Shown here one piece after another: positions 24,815 to 35,600 of a stretch of 64,000 nucleotides of DNA. The first letter of the stretch is position 1, and every line of letters begins with the position of its first letter. The notes beneath the pieces are model-generated. The model was not told the origin of the DNA. It worked only from the letters and a program-made list of their open reading frames with translations, and did not search any database. The stretch lies in IMG/VR virus record IMGVR_UViG_3300044719_000205, positions 4,702 to 68,701 of that record; one strand, given 5' to 3'. Position numbers and translations under genes: made by a program. The DNA comes from a virus (taxonomy: Duplodnaviria > Caudoviricetes).

Positions 24815-27800
24815 TCAGTCCGCGAACGTCGGGTCCGTCGCCTGCCCGCCCGCGAGCCCTGCGTACAGCGCGTTCGCCGGCATGGATTTCAGAAGGAAGT
24901 GCTTGAACATCTCGTGCCCGTCGAGCACGTCGACGGCATCAGCGAGCTGCTCCACCGTGGGCCCGGCGAGCGCGCCGATCCCAGCGTGGCCCATGCCGTC
25001 GGCAATGAACTGGCCGGTGCCCAGCAGGCCCGCGCGCTGCACGCCGCTCCACACGTAGTCGCCCGCGTCCCACTTGTCTTTCCAGTCGGGCTGCGAGCCA
25101 CCGCCCTGGATCATGCCCTTCGCCATGTCGGCGGCGATCATGATCGGCACGTAAGAGGCGAGCGCCATCGCCGGCGTGTAGTTGCCGTTCTGGTACTCGT
25201 GCATCACGCGCTTGAGGATCGTTTCGTGGAAGCTGTACACGAACTGCTTCAGGTGCGCGATGAGTGCGAAGTGCGGGTCGTTCATCCAGATCGGCTTGTC
25301 CGCCGCGTCGGGCCGCAGGATCGCCCCGTCCACCCACTTGTTGACCGCGAGGCGCATCTTCGAAGCCTGCTCCGGCGTGAGGCCGTCGCCCTCGGTGAGC
25401 TTCACACGGCCGGTGACATCGCGCTGCACGTCCGAGGGCTTCAGACCCAGCTCGTCCATCCAGCGCGCGCTGTGTGGAGACGCGCTGCCATCGGCGTGCT
25501 TGTCGATGAACTTCAGCGCCGCTTCGGTGGCCGCCACCCGCATGGACTGGTTGAACCGCTCCATCAGGTTGTAGCGGAAGAACGTGTCGTTGATCTTGCG
25601 CGCGGTGGCGCCCACCATGCCCTGTGAGTACCCCGTTCCGATCGAGTGCACCAGAGCTGCGTTGTCGATCGTGCCCAGGGTCTCGGCCAGCTCGGTGGCT
25701 GCGTCCTTGTCCTGGCGCTTGAAGTTGCCGGCGATCTCCTTGATGCCGCGCTTGTAGGCGTTCCAGGCATCGTGCACGTCGCCGCCGCGCACGATGATGC
25801 CCATCGGGTCCACCGCACTGCTGAAGATCGCCAGCGGCAGGAGCCGGATATTCTGGTAGACGATCATGTTGCCCATCAGGCGGCGCGCCGTGGGGTTCAG
25901 GTTGTCGCCCAGCGTGCCGTCGACGCCGCGCACGAACTTGTCGGCCGCGTCGAGCTGCTCCTTCGTGGCGCCCTGCGCCTTTGCCTTGGCGAAGAGGTCG
26001 AGCACCCCTTTCCCGTCGTCACCGAACCGCCGCGCCCACTCCGCACGGCGCGCGGCCTGCGTGAGGTACGAGTTCATGATGTCGTGCAGGTCCTTCTTCA
26101 TGAAGGGCGCCAGCTCGTTGTCGGGCACGTTCTTGAGCTTGCGCTCCTTCGCGAACTGCATGCCGGGCTTCAAGGTCTGGACCTGGAACTCGTTGCCGTC
26201 GGAGGTGATCAGCCGGTGCAGGATGTCGTTCGCCTCCGTGCGGTTGATGCCGTGCTTCTCCAGCACGTCGGTGAAGGCCTTCTGGTTGCGGCTGATGTAG
26301 TCCGGGTCGTACACGCGTGGGAAGTAGTCCTTGCCCACACCCAGGTCATCGACCTTCACGCCGGCGTCCTTCATGAACCCGTAGGCCTTGTCGAGCACGC
26401 TGCGCACGGCGCGCGCCGCGAGGCGCGCTTCGGGCGAGCCCGCGGTGCCCTTCTTCTGCAGCGCCTCCAGCGCCTCGGCGATGTGGGCCTTCGAGAACCC
26501 TGCGAGCTTGTCGCCCAGCTCGTTCATCATCCGGGTGCGCTCCACGCGCGCCGCGGGGATGAAGCCCGGGTCCTCGCCCTCGCCGTGACTCTGCAGCTTC
26601 ATCTTGTCGGCAAGCTGCTGCAGCGCCGGGATGCCGGTGTCGCGCATGCGCTGGCCGCCCGCCGTCGCCACGGCGTCGGCCATGCGCGCGAAGGGCTCGG
26701 TCATCGCCCGCGCCTTGTCGAGCGCCGCGCTGCGGCCCTGCTCCATTACGTCGTGCGCGAATGCGCCCGGCGCCTTGGCGAACTCGCCCCTCTGGAACTC
26801 CTCCATGATGTGCAGCGCGCGCTGGTCGTTCGACCAGATCCCGAGGGTCTTCAGGATCATGTCCTTGATCTTGCCCAGCACGCCCTTGGCGCCGTCGCCG
26901 ACCTTGAGCTTGCCGTCGGCCCAGAACTGGTACATGTACGCCGCGCGCTCGTACGGGTCCTGCAGCTGCTTTAGCGCCTCGGGCTCGTTGGCGAGGAGCT
27001 TGGCGAGCTGGCGACGTACTGGTGCGGTCTCGGCCGCGCGGAACAGCGTGCTGGTCACGTCGTGCGCGCCAGCATCTTCCAGGCGCCGCATCAGCGCGTG
27101 CATCGACTCGTGGTAGGCGGCCGACAGCGGGTTGAGCGCGTGCACCGAGACGCGGATGATGTCCTGCCCCAGCTCGCGCGAATACTCGCCCGCGTGGCTC
27201 ATCGCCTTGAAGGCGACCTGCACGGCGTTGCCCAGGGTCTTGTGGATGTAGTCCATCACATCCGTCTTCTCCTGCGCCGTGATGCGCCCCTGGCGCGCCG
27301 CGGTCTGCATGGAGTAGGCCGCGTCGGGGCTCTCCTTCACGATCTCGCCGATGCGGTCGTTGATCGCATGGATCGACGCATCGACCTTCGGCGACGAGGC
27401 GTCCTTCAGCGCGGCGAGGTGCAGCGCGCCGCGCGCCAGGGAAGCCGGGTCCGTCTCCTTGGCCGCGGCCTTCGCCACGTCACCAGAACGGGCTAGGTTC
27501 TCGAGCGCTTTTGGGCCTTGGGCCGGCACCTCCTTGGCCGGCATGGTCAGGCTGTCGGCGAACTTCAGTAGGCGATCCTGCTCGGTCTGCGGCAGTTTGT
27601 TGAAACCTGCGGCCTCAGTGAAGAACGTGCGCAGGTCGCTGTGCTCGCTGAAGAGCTGCTCCAGGTTGTGCATGACCTTCTGCAGGCCGTTGGGCAGATC
27701 TTCGTAGCCGCCGGCTTTGTACGCGCTGCGCAGCTCTTCGAGCCGGCTCTTGGCTGCGGTCAGGAAGCTCTCAGCCTTCGCGGGTGTGTTGATCGACTCG

Positions 27801-30800
27801 TAGTTTTCCTTGGCGGCGAGCGCATCGACCCGGGCAGAGACCTTTGGAGCTTCAGCCTTTGCCGCGAACCGCTCCGCGAGGCCATTGATCGTGTCCGCGC
27901 CGGCCGACAGCTTGCCCTGGTCCTTGATGCTCTTCAGCGCTACGGTGAGCGCACCCTTGGCGTTGTCCGGGAGCGCATCGAAGTTGCTCAGCAGCTTGCC
28001 GGCCTTCTCGGCGAGCGCGCGGGCCGGCGCGGTGCGTCCTTCAGCCATGCGCTTGACGATCGAGTCGAGCGCGCCGCGCATCCCTTCCGGCGAGGCCGAG
28101 GTGTCGTAGCGCAGCGGCACGCCGTCGGGGCCGACCTTCAGGTACGTGCCGTCCTCGCCCAGCGCGGCCTTGGCGACGTGGATGTTGTCGTTGAAGGGGT
28201 CGGCCTCGGTCTTGCCGGCTTCCTCCAGGAAGTCCTCGACCGGTTTCCTGGTCCCTCCTTCGCTGATGATCGACTCGTCGCGGGCGTCGCTCACCTTCTG
28301 CGCGCGGGCCACGATGTCATCGAGCTTGGCCTTCGAAGCGCCCTGGCTCTTGGCGTCGCGGTATTCGTTGCGCAGGCTCTCCAGCTCACCGGTGAAATCG
28401 CGGCCGGTGTCGGGGCCGAACTTGAGCTTCTTCACGTCGCCGTAGGTGAGGCCCTTGGCGATCTGCGTCTCATCGGGGATGTCGAAGGACTTGCCCAGGT
28501 GCTCCTGCAGCTTCGCCACACCTTCCATGAACATGCGCGCCTGCCGGTACTGGCGGCCGCGGTCGTCGGAGGCGGTGTAGGGCTCCGACGCGTCCATGGT
28601 GCGCGTGATCTTCATCGCGTCGAACGGCGGCGAGCCCTCAACCCGGATGGCACTCTTCGAGTTCTCGATGTTGCCCTTGGTCCGGTCGAACTGCATCGCC
28701 CGGCGCTGGCCCTCGGTGAGCGCATCGTTCTCCTTCAGGCTCTCCCCCACGACGAAGCCCTGGCCCTTGGGCACGTCACCCGGGTCCTTGCCCGTCATGC
28801 TGCGGTACTCGTCGGGCGAGACGAAGCGCGCCTTCATGCCGGGGTTCTTGGCCTCGGCCTCGCGCATGATCCGCTCGGCTTGGCTCTCGTTGCCGAACTG
28901 GGCACGGTGCGCCTCCGGGCTCGGCAGGGGCTTGTCGTGCAGCACGGTGGCGGCCGGCGCCGTCTCGCTCAGTCCTGCAGCGTCGGCCTGCTCGCCGTCG
29001 GCGTGCTCATCCAGGCCCAGGTCGCTCGCCGAGCGGTCGATGCCGCCCGCGTCGAGCGCAGCCTTGTCGCGCTGCGGCTCGAAGGCCTTCAGCACGGAGT
29101 CCAGCTTGTCCGAGCCGCCGAAGAGGCCCTCCAGCTGCCGGCGCGCCTGCTTCTCGGTGTAGCGCGCCTCCTCCGGCCCCATACCGGCGGTGTGCTGGCC
29201 CTTGGCGTACATGTCGAGCGCGTCGGAGATCGCACGGATCTGGTCGTCCGAGTAGTCGGCGCCCTGCCCCTCCGGGTGCGGCAGCGCCTTGCGCACGGCA
29301 TCGGCCTTGCTGGTGAGGTCCGTGCTGCGGTCGTCCATCCGGTTGAGCGCGGCGAACATGTTCTGCCGCCCGGTCTCGTCGCCCTGGTCGGCGATCGCAC
29401 CGTGCAGCTCCTGCAGCACCTTGGGCGTGTCCTCGCCGAAGATCGCCTGGAGGTGGTCATGCACGCTGTCGGGGATCTGGCCGTCCGTGGTGGCCTTGTC
29501 CATCACCACACGCAGCGAATCGCCGAGCTGGCCCAGCGCCTTTGGGTCGTCGAAGATCTCCGGCGCGCGCTCCTTCAGCACCGGGGTGACGGTGTCGAGG
29601 ATGGTCTGCCGCACGCCCGAATAGTCGGCGCTCTTCTGCGCGGCGCCGGCCTCGGCCGTGTCCTTCGCGCCGCTGGTGAGGTCGTCGTAGAGGCTGCCGA
29701 CCTTGCCGGCCAGCTCCTTGGCGCGGTCGCGCCCGGCCTTGATCGCGGCGATCGTGGTCTGCGCGCCCTCATTGCCGAGGTTCTTCACCGCCTCGGCGAC
29801 CTGCTGCCACTTCTCCTGGCTCAGGCCCTTGTCGTTGAGCAGCTCGTTGGCCCAGTCCTGGGCCTGCCGCATGCGGCTCTTCTCGACCTGGGCGCCCAGC
29901 TCGGGCATCTGGTCCGCTCCGGCCTGGGCGATCTGGGCGTCGAGTTCGGGATTACCCGAGGATTCGCCCTTCTGGAAGCGCTCCAGGAGGTCATCCTTGG
30001 CCTGCCCCGCCCGCTGCATCAGGTCCGCGAACCGGGCGGAAACCGCCTTGGCTGCGCCAGCGCCGGTGCCCGAGCCCTGCGGAGCCTCCCCGGCCGGCGG
30101 CGCGCTTTCCTCCGCGCCACCAACACGTTGCTGCAACGCATCCTTGACCTTGCTGGCGGCCGCGGCCAGCGCGCTCCTGGCGCCGTCGCCCGCCCCGCCA
30201 GCGGCCGCGCGGGCGTTGCCGACGGCATGCAGGCCAGCGAAGGGGATCGCACCCACGGCCCCGCCCACGGCGGCCTCCTTGAGCTGCTGCGGGTCCACCT
30301 CGCCGTTGGTACCCATCTCCTTGGCCGCCTCGCCGGCCGTGCCGGCAGCGGCTTGCTCGGGGATTGCCGCCAACGCGCTGCTGCGAGCCACCTTGCCGGC
30401 GAGCTTGGCGCGGCCCAGGCCCGGGATGATGTTCTGGGCAAGCGCCGAGGCTCCACCGGCCAGCGCCGCCTTGCCCAAGTCCACGTCCTCGCCGGCCGCG
30501 CGCTGGCGCCCCACCACGTCGCCGATCTCGAACGGCGCGGTCGCCGCGGTGCCGGCCAGGATCGCCGGGATCGCCGCACCATCGGTAGCGGCCGCGGCCG
30601 CGAGGCCGGCGCCGGCCACCGGCAGGGAGCTGCCGAGCACGCCCGCGCCGTAGTTGAGCGCATCACGCAGGCCGTGCACCTGGGTGTAGGAGCCCACGCT
30701 GGGCGCGGCCTGCGCCGCCTGCCCCTTCAGCTGGTCCGCCTCGTTGAAAGCGCCGTTGGCGAAGTCCTGCGCGCCCAGGCCCTGGGCCACGGCACCGCCC

Positions 30801-30934
30801 GCGTTGGCGAGCATGGAGCCCGCCTGCAGCGCGCCGGAGCGCAGCCCCTTGCCGAACGCGTCGGGGACGGTCTCGCGCTGATCCACCGCCCCTTGTGGGG
30901 CGAGATCGCGCATGGCGTCGGTGAGGATGCCCAT
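24815..30934 (-). CDS. Giant internal virion (DNA ejection) protein, 2039 aa, with an HExxH metallopeptidase-like motif
   Basis: Size, helical Ala-rich composition, last gene of a podovirus structural arm; YHESMHAL at 27098-27112. Confidence 0.75.
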   Translation of the reverse strand: MGILTDAMRDLAPQGAVDQRETVPDAFGKGLRSGALQAGSMLANAGGAVAQGLGAQDFANGAFNEADQLKGQAAQAAPSVGSYTQVHGLRDALNYGAGVLGSSLPVAGAGLAAAAATDGAAIPAILAGTAATAPFEIGDVVGRQRAAGEDVDLGKAALAGGASALAQNIIPGLGRAKLAGKVARSSALAAIPEQAAAGTAGEAAKEMGTNGEVDPQQLKEAAVGGAVGAIPFAGLHAVGNARAAAGGAGDGARSALAAAASKVKDALQQRVGGAEESAPPAGEAPQGSGTGAGAAKAVSARFADLMQRAGQAKDDLLERFQKGESSGNPELDAQIAQAGADQMPELGAQVEKSRMRQAQDWANELLNDKGLSQEKWQQVAEAVKNLGNEGAQTTIAAIKAGRDRAKELAGKVGSLYDDLTSGAKDTAEAGAAQKSADYSGVRQTILDTVTPVLKERAPEIFDDPKALGQLGDSLRVVMDKATTDGQIPDSVHDHLQAIFGEDTPKVLQELHGAIADQGDETGRQNMFAALNRMDDRSTDLTSKADAVRKALPHPEGQGADYSDDQIRAISDALDMYAKGQHTAGMGPEEARYTEKQARRQLEGLFGGSDKLDSVLKAFEPQRDKAALDAGGIDRSASDLGLDEHADGEQADAAGLSETAPAATVLHDKPLPSPEAHRAQFGNESQAERIMREAEAKNPGMKARFVSPDEYRSMTGKDPGDVPKGQGFVVGESLKENDALTEGQRRAMQFDRTKGNIENSKSAIRVEGSPPFDAMKITRTMDASEPYTASDDRGRQYRQARMFMEGVAKLQEHLGKSFDIPDETQIAKGLTYGDVKKLKFGPDTGRDFTGELESLRNEYRDAKSQGASKAKLDDIVARAQKVSDARDESIISEGGTRKPVEDFLEEAGKTEADPFNDNIHVAKAALGEDGTYLKVGPDGVPLRYDTSASPEGMRGALDSIVKRMAEGRTAPARALAEKAGKLLSNFDALPDNAKGALTVALKSIKDQGKLSAGADTINGLAERFAAKAEAPKVSARVDALAAKENYESINTPAKAESFLTAAKSRLEELRSAYKAGGYEDLPNGLQKVMHNLEQLFSEHSDLRTFFTEAAGFNKLPQTEQDRLLKFADSLTMPAKEVPAQGPKALENLARSGDVAKAAAKETDPASLARGALHLAALKDASSPKVDASIHAINDRIGEIVKESPDAAYSMQTAARQGRITAQEKTDVMDYIHKTLGNAVQVAFKAMSHAGEYSRELGQDIIRVSVHALNPLSAAYHESMHALMRRLEDAGAHDVTSTLFRAAETAPVRRQLAKLLANEPEALKQLQDPYERAAYMYQFWADGKLKVGDGAKGVLGKIKDMILKTLGIWSNDQRALHIMEEFQRGEFAKAPGAFAHDVMEQGRSAALDKARAMTEPFARMADAVATAGGQRMRDTGIPALQQLADKMKLQSHGEGEDPGFIPAARVERTRMMNELGDKLAGFSKAHIAEALEALQKKGTAGSPEARLAARAVRSVLDKAYGFMKDAGVKVDDLGVGKDYFPRVYDPDYISRNQKAFTDVLEKHGINRTEANDILHRLITSDGNEFQVQTLKPGMQFAKERKLKNVPDNELAPFMKKDLHDIMNSYLTQAARRAEWARRFGDDGKGVLDLFAKAKAQGATKEQLDAADKFVRGVDGTLGDNLNPTARRLMGNMIVYQNIRLLPLAIFSSAVDPMGIIVRGGDVHDAWNAYKRGIKEIAGNFKRQDKDAATELAETLGTIDNAALVHSIGTGYSQGMVGATARKINDTFFRYNLMERFNQSMRVAATEAALKFIDKHADGSASPHSARWMDELGLKPSDVQRDVTGRVKLTEGDGLTPEQASKMRLAVNKWVDGAILRPDAADKPIWMNDPHFALIAHLKQFVYSFHETILKRVMHEYQNGNYTPAMALASYVPIMIAADMAKGMIQGGGSQPDWKDKWDAGDYVWSGVQRAGLLGTGQFIADGMGHAGIGALAGPTVEQLADAVDVLDGHEMFKHFLLKSMPANALYAGLAGGQATDPTFAD

Positions 30935-32484
30935 CAGCGGAGTCCTTTCTTGGTGCCAAGCTCCTGCTGCTCCTGCAGCGTCGGGCCGAGCGCGGTGGTG
31001 GGGGTCTTGAACCAGTCGGGCAGGATCGCGTTGGCCGGCTCGTTGTAGCGCAGGTCGTTCTGGCCGATGCTCTGGCCGCCGGCCATCGTGAAGCGCTTCT
31101 GCGCGAGGCCGTTGTCGGTGCCGTTGATCTGGTAGTCGAACAGGTCGTTCGACACCGGACCCGAGCCCGAGAACGGGCCCACGCCGCGGGTCTGCTGGAA
31201 GCGTTCACGGCGGTCGTACAGCGTGCGCAGCGTGGCGAGGTCCTGGGAGTCGAGCGCGCCCAGGCCCTTGCTCTGCAGCTCCTGCGCCTTCTGCAGGCTG
31301 CTCGGGTCGCCCCTCTGCTGCAGGCGCGTGATCAGGTTGCCGATCGTCTGCTGCGCGACGTTGGTGAAGTCGGCCGCCTTCTGGCGGTCAGGCACCTGCT
31401 TGCCGTCCTTGTCGGTCGTGGTGAACTGCTTCTCGGCCCAGTCGTTGTAGTTCTTCTGTGCGCTCTCGCGCTCGTTGAACAGCTGCTGCGCGCGCTCCTG
31501 GCCGAACTTCGCCACGTCGAGACCGAACTGGCGATCCTTGTTGAACTGTTCGAACTTCGCCAGCGCGCGCTGGTTCGCCGCGGTGATCTGGTGCTCGAGC
31601 AGGCCCACGTCCTGGCCGCGCAGCCCCAGCTCGCGCTGCACGTCCTGGCCGCGCGCCTGGATGCCCTGCTCGCCGGCCTGGGTGGCAGCGTTGATGTCCT
31701 GACCGCGCGAGCCGAGCACCGCGTTGAGGCCGCCCACGGTGAGGTGGCCGTGCTGGGCGAGGTTGAGCACATCCTGCTGGCTGAGGCCGCCGCCACCGCC
31801 CAGGCTCATCGCGCCGGCCGGCGCTTGAGCCGGCGCCGGACCGGGTTGCGCCTGCTGCATGCGCGCGGCGAGTGCCGGGTCCAGGCCGGGCATCACGTTG
31901 GTGCTCACCGGCCCGCTGCGCAAGCCCGTGCCGGCGTCCTGGTAGCTGAAGCCGTCGGTGATGTTCTGGCCGGAGAAGCTGTTGCCGTTGCGCAGTACGG
32001 TGTTCGGCTGCACACCGGCCGCGGGCGCTGCCACGCCGGGCTGGGTGGTGGCTGCGGCCGCCGGCACGCTGCTGGTGGGTGCGCCCGCACCCGGGGTGGT
32101 GTTGGGCGCGGTCTTGGGGATCGACGGCGAGCTGCTCGGGCTGTTGTCCATGCCGGCAAGGGCGCTGCCGAAGTCCTTCAGCCCGGGCACCACGGCGCGG
32201 ATGCCGCGTCCCACGGTGTCGTCGAGCACTCCGGCACCAGTGGCGAGCGTGCCGCGCAGCAGGTTACCGGCTGCAGCACCGTAGCGGCCCTGGTTGAAGG
32301 CGCTGCTCACATCGTCGGCCGTGCCGGTGGCAGCGGCCATCGTGCCGGGCGCCGCGCTGGTGAGTGCACGGCGCAGGCCGCCGGGCTGCATCGGCGCGGT
32401 CGAGCCGGCAGCAGCGAGGGGGTCGGAGCCGCCCGCCGCGGCCAGGGCGTTCTGGTCGGGATCACGAAGAGGAGAGACAGGCAT
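30934..32484 (-). CDS. Internal virion/ejection protein
   Basis: A/G/Q-rich; ATQAGEQG/ARGQD repeats; position. Confidence 0.65.
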   Translation of the reverse strand: MPVSPLRDPDQNALAAAGGSDPLAAAGSTAPMQPGGLRRALTSAAPGTMAAATGTADDVSSAFNQGRYGAAAGNLLRGTLATGAGVLDDTVGRGIRAVVPGLKDFGSALAGMDNSPSSSPSIPKTAPNTTPGAGAPTSSVPAAAATTQPGVAAPAAGVQPNTVLRNGNSFSGQNITDGFSYQDAGTGLRSGPVSTNVMPGLDPALAARMQQAQPGPAPAQAPAGAMSLGGGGGLSQQDVLNLAQHGHLTVGGLNAVLGSRGQDINAATQAGEQGIQARGQDVQRELGLRGQDVGLLEHQITAANQRALAKFEQFNKDRQFGLDVAKFGQERAQQLFNERESAQKNYNDWAEKQFTTTDKDGKQVPDRQKAADFTNVAQQTIGNLITRLQQRGDPSSLQKAQELQSKGLGALDSQDLATLRTLYDRRERFQQTRGVGPFSGSGPVSNDLFDYQINGTDNGLAQKRFTMAGGQSIGQNDLRYNEPANAILPDWFKTPTTALGPTLQEQQELGTKKGLR

Positions 32485-32494
32485 AGTGGGCTCC

Positions 32495-34435
32495 TTATTG
32501 GCTGTCCGAAGTCGGTTGGTACTGCCACTGCTCGGCCGCGCTCTGGCTGAAGCCGTAGCTGACGCTGGTGCTGTCGCCCGAGCTGGCGCTGATCGACGCC
32601 TGCACGTGCTGCGCAGCCATCGCGCCGGCGCCCAGTGTCGCAGCGATCTGGCCCGCGCTCTGCAGCGCGCTGGTCTTGAGCTGCGCTTCCTGCAGCACCT
32701 TCTCCATCGAGACCTTGAAGCGCTCGATCTGGGTGTTGGTGATGGCGATGTTGGTCTGCAGCTGCTGCTCGCCGATGCGGATCTCGGCCTCGGCCTTCTT
32801 GGCGTTGGCGTCGCTCTGCACGCCCAGGTACTGGATGTTGAGGCCCTGGACCTGCGCCTGCGCCTGGATCTGCGCGAGCTTGGCCTGCAGCTCGGTCTTC
32901 GTGCGGTCGAGCTGCGCCGCGAAGCGCTGGGTGACCGCCTGCATCTGCGCGATCTGCGCGTCGATGCCCTTGAGCTGGATGTCGGCCTTCATCTGCTCGG
33001 CGCTCATCAGCGTGGCGAAGGTGCGGGCCTCCGCGTCGACGATGCCGACCTTGGCGACCTCGCCCTGCACCTGGGCGATGTAGGCGTCGAACACGACCTT
33101 CTGCGCTGAGATCTTCTCGGCGTAGGCCTGCACGTCCGTGCGGTACGCCTCGATCTGCGTGCGCGCGACCTCGGTCTGGATCTGCGCGCCCTGCATCTGC
33201 GCCTTGTAGACCTCGACCTGGGCGAGCAGGCTCTGCACCTGGGCGTTGTACTGCTGCACCTTCTGGGTGTTGATCTCGCTGACCAGCTTCTGGCCTTCCA
33301 GCTCGATGCGGTAGGCGTCGAGTGCGGCGAGCTGGGCGTCGATCTGGATCTTGAAGACCTGGGCGCGCGTGTTGTAGGCGCTGGTGAGCGCGTTGAACAC
33401 GCTGACCTGGGCCTGATACAGCTCGATCTGCGCCTGCACCGTGAACTTCGCGATCTCGTAGCTGCGCGTGGCGGCGTTGTTGAAGATGTTGAAGATGATG
33501 TTCTCGGCGGCGATGCCCTGGCGCACGGCCTCGCGCAGGTTCTCGATCTCCACGTCGGCGATCTTCACCATCCACTCGCGCTGCAGCGCGTTGGCCTGCA
33601 GCTGGTTCTGCTCGAGCGCGGCGTTGACCTGGGCAGTGAGCATCCCAGGCGGCGCGGTGAAGCCGCGGTTGGCGAAGGTGTCGAATGCCTCGGCCACGGC
33701 CTTGTTCGCCGTGATGTCCTCGCGCGCCCGCGCCCGGTCGAACAGCTGCTGCTCGATCACCGCCGGCAGGCCGGTGGAGGTCGCCGCGTTGAGCATGTCG
33801 GCGATCTTCTGCTTGACGAGGTCGAAGTTCTCCGACGCGTAGGTGGGCTCGACCCAGTTGATGAGCGCGTTGGGTGCAGCCGCATCGAAGGTCGGCGCGG
33901 CGTCGGTGAACGTGCCCAGGGTCGGGAACACGAACGTCGGGATCGTCACGTCGCTGAGCGAGGCGAGCGCCGGGAAGGCGAGGCTCGGCGCCGCCGGCAG
34001 CGTCACGTTGGTGTCGACTGCCGGCCGGTCGGGCAGGCCCGAGGTGTCGATCGCGCCCGGTGCCGTCGGCACGTTGATGCTGACGATCGACGGGTTGTAG
34101 GTCGGCGGGTTGATCGTGACCGTGGTGTTGATGTCGGGCACACCCGGATCGTCGGGCACGGATGCCGACAGGTCGTTCATGCCGGTGATGTCCACCGGCG
34201 TGGGCGCGGGCCACTCCAGCCCGGTGTTCGAGCGCGTGATGCTGATGTCGGGCAGCTGCCCCACATCGGGCACGGTCAGGCTCTGCAGCGCGCTGAGGAT
34301 CGAGCTGGCCTGGGCGTTGAAGCCCTGCATCGCCGACTGCAGGTTCGACATTACGGTCTGTACCTGGGTCACGGCGGCCGAAGGGCCGATCGGGATCGGC
34401 GGTTGATCCGGCCCGTCGTAGTGGTTCCATCCCAT
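32495..34435 (-). CDS. Virion protein, Pro-rich N-terminal half and long coiled coil (ejection/pilot-like)
   Basis: GGAGG SD before ATG 34435; Q/A-rich heptads. Confidence 0.7.
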   Translation of the reverse strand: MGWNHYDGPDQPPIPIGPSAAVTQVQTVMSNLQSAMQGFNAQASSILSALQSLTVPDVGQLPDISITRSNTGLEWPAPTPVDITGMNDLSASVPDDPGVPDINTTVTINPPTYNPSIVSINVPTAPGAIDTSGLPDRPAVDTNVTLPAAPSLAFPALASLSDVTIPTFVFPTLGTFTDAAPTFDAAAPNALINWVEPTYASENFDLVKQKIADMLNAATSTGLPAVIEQQLFDRARAREDITANKAVAEAFDTFANRGFTAPPGMLTAQVNAALEQNQLQANALQREWMVKIADVEIENLREAVRQGIAAENIIFNIFNNAATRSYEIAKFTVQAQIELYQAQVSVFNALTSAYNTRAQVFKIQIDAQLAALDAYRIELEGQKLVSEINTQKVQQYNAQVQSLLAQVEVYKAQMQGAQIQTEVARTQIEAYRTDVQAYAEKISAQKVVFDAYIAQVQGEVAKVGIVDAEARTFATLMSAEQMKADIQLKGIDAQIAQMQAVTQRFAAQLDRTKTELQAKLAQIQAQAQVQGLNIQYLGVQSDANAKKAEAEIRIGEQQLQTNIAITNTQIERFKVSMEKVLQEAQLKTSALQSAGQIAATLGAGAMAAQHVQASISASSGDSTSVSYGFSQSAAEQWQYQPTSDSQ

Positions 34436-34436
34436 G

Positions 34437-35600
34437 TCAGATCCTCCGGGTGTTGGACGGCGCCACATCGACCGTGGCCGAGTCGACGCCGAAACTCGAG
34501 CCGTCCTTGTTCAGGAACTCGAACTGGAAGTAGCGCGAGGCGAGGCCCTTGCCGAGCTTCACGCGATTGGCGCGTGGTGCAGCAGCCTCGACCTTCGGCA
34601 GGTCGTAGGTGTAAGTCCCGTCCTGGCCGTGGCCGTAGGTCGAGATCTTCACCGTCATGGTCCCTGAGCAGACGTAGCTCACGATGAGGTCGGCGACGCG
34701 CTTGATCGCCGGCAGGCCCAGCGTCGAGCGCCCGGTCTTCACCGAGGCCTGGATCGCCGCGCCGTCATCCGTCGCGCCGGTGAACTCGTAGAGGCCGCCG
34801 TCACCCAGCGCGAAGTAGCGCCCGCCGATCACTGCGATCGACTGCACCGGCAAGCCCTCGTAGCGGCTCATCGCCGTGCTCTCGGTGTTCATCACCCAGG
34901 CTTCGCGCAGCACCGGATACAGCGCCGAGTCCGTAGCTAGCGCACTGTCGGCGAGGTCTGCGGTGCGCGTGGCCTGGGAGCTGAGGCTACTCGCCGCCGT
35001 GCCATTCGACACAAGGTCATTCGCGGCCGTGCCGTCGATCGTGGGCGCGTCGGTCGCGGTGGCCTGCTCGGTGACAGTGAGCTGCTTGATCGTGCTCAGG
35101 ATCACCGCGCTGGTGGCGTCCACCGTCTCGGTGAGCAGCACGTCGTTGAAGCCGAACAGCGCGCTCAATGCGCTACCCGTGCTCAGCGCATCCAGGTGCG
35201 TCGAGCGCACCGCGGACGGCGTGGCACTCGCGCTCGCCTGCTCCACCACGCTGGTCGTGCGCGCGATCAGCACCGCGTCGGTGCCGCTCACCGCACTGAG
35301 CGCGTCGGAGGTCGGGTTGTTGAGCAGCGTGCTCGCCGCCGTGCCGCCGGTCACCGCGTCGGTGAAGCCGTGCAGCTGCGTGCTTGCGCTGTCGGTGGCG
35401 GTGGCGGACTCAACGACATCGCGGGCGTAGATGCCGGTGGCAGCGTCGGTGGCGCTCACCGTATCGGCATAGGCCGTCGTCACGCCGAGCAGCGCGATGC
35501 TCACCGCCGTGACCAGTTGCACGATGGTGTTGGTGAAGCCGGCAGTCCAGCTCTCGGTCGCAGTGGCCGTGTCGTTCACGTCACAGGTCTGGATGGTCAT
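34437..35600 (-). CDS. Tail/virion structural protein with Thr/Ala/Asp-rich repeats
   Basis: Repeated D.A.ATD units followed by a beta-rich C-terminal domain. Confidence 0.65.
   Translation of the reverse strand: MTIQTCDVNDTATATESWTAGFTNTIVQLVTAVSIALLGVTTAYADTVSATDAATGIYARDVVESATATDSASTQLHGFTDAVTGGTAASTLLNNPTSDALSAVSGTDAVLIARTTSVVEQASASATPSAVRSTHLDALSTGSALSALFGFNDVLLTETVDATSAVILSTIKQLTVTEQATATDAPTIDGTAANDLVSNGTAASSLSSQATRTADLADSALATDSALYPVLREAWVMNTESTAMSRYEGLPVQSIAVIGGRYFALGDGGLYEFTGATDDGAAIQASVKTGRSTLGLPAIKRVADLIVSYVCSGTMTVKISTYGHGQDGTYTYDLPKVEAAAPRANRVKLGKGLASRYFQFEFLNKDGSSFGVDSATVDVAPSNTRRI

Noticed and set aside
27641-31048. 1135-aa plus-strand ORF (likewise 36716-39763, 53199-55328, 49113-51473)
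   Set aside because: Antisense shadows of structural genes with R/A/G/V-biased composition and no recognisable domains.
24815-34435. Tape measure protein / long-tailed morphology
   Set aside because: No tube, sheath or tail-assembly chaperone genes; the layout matches podovirus ejection proteins.
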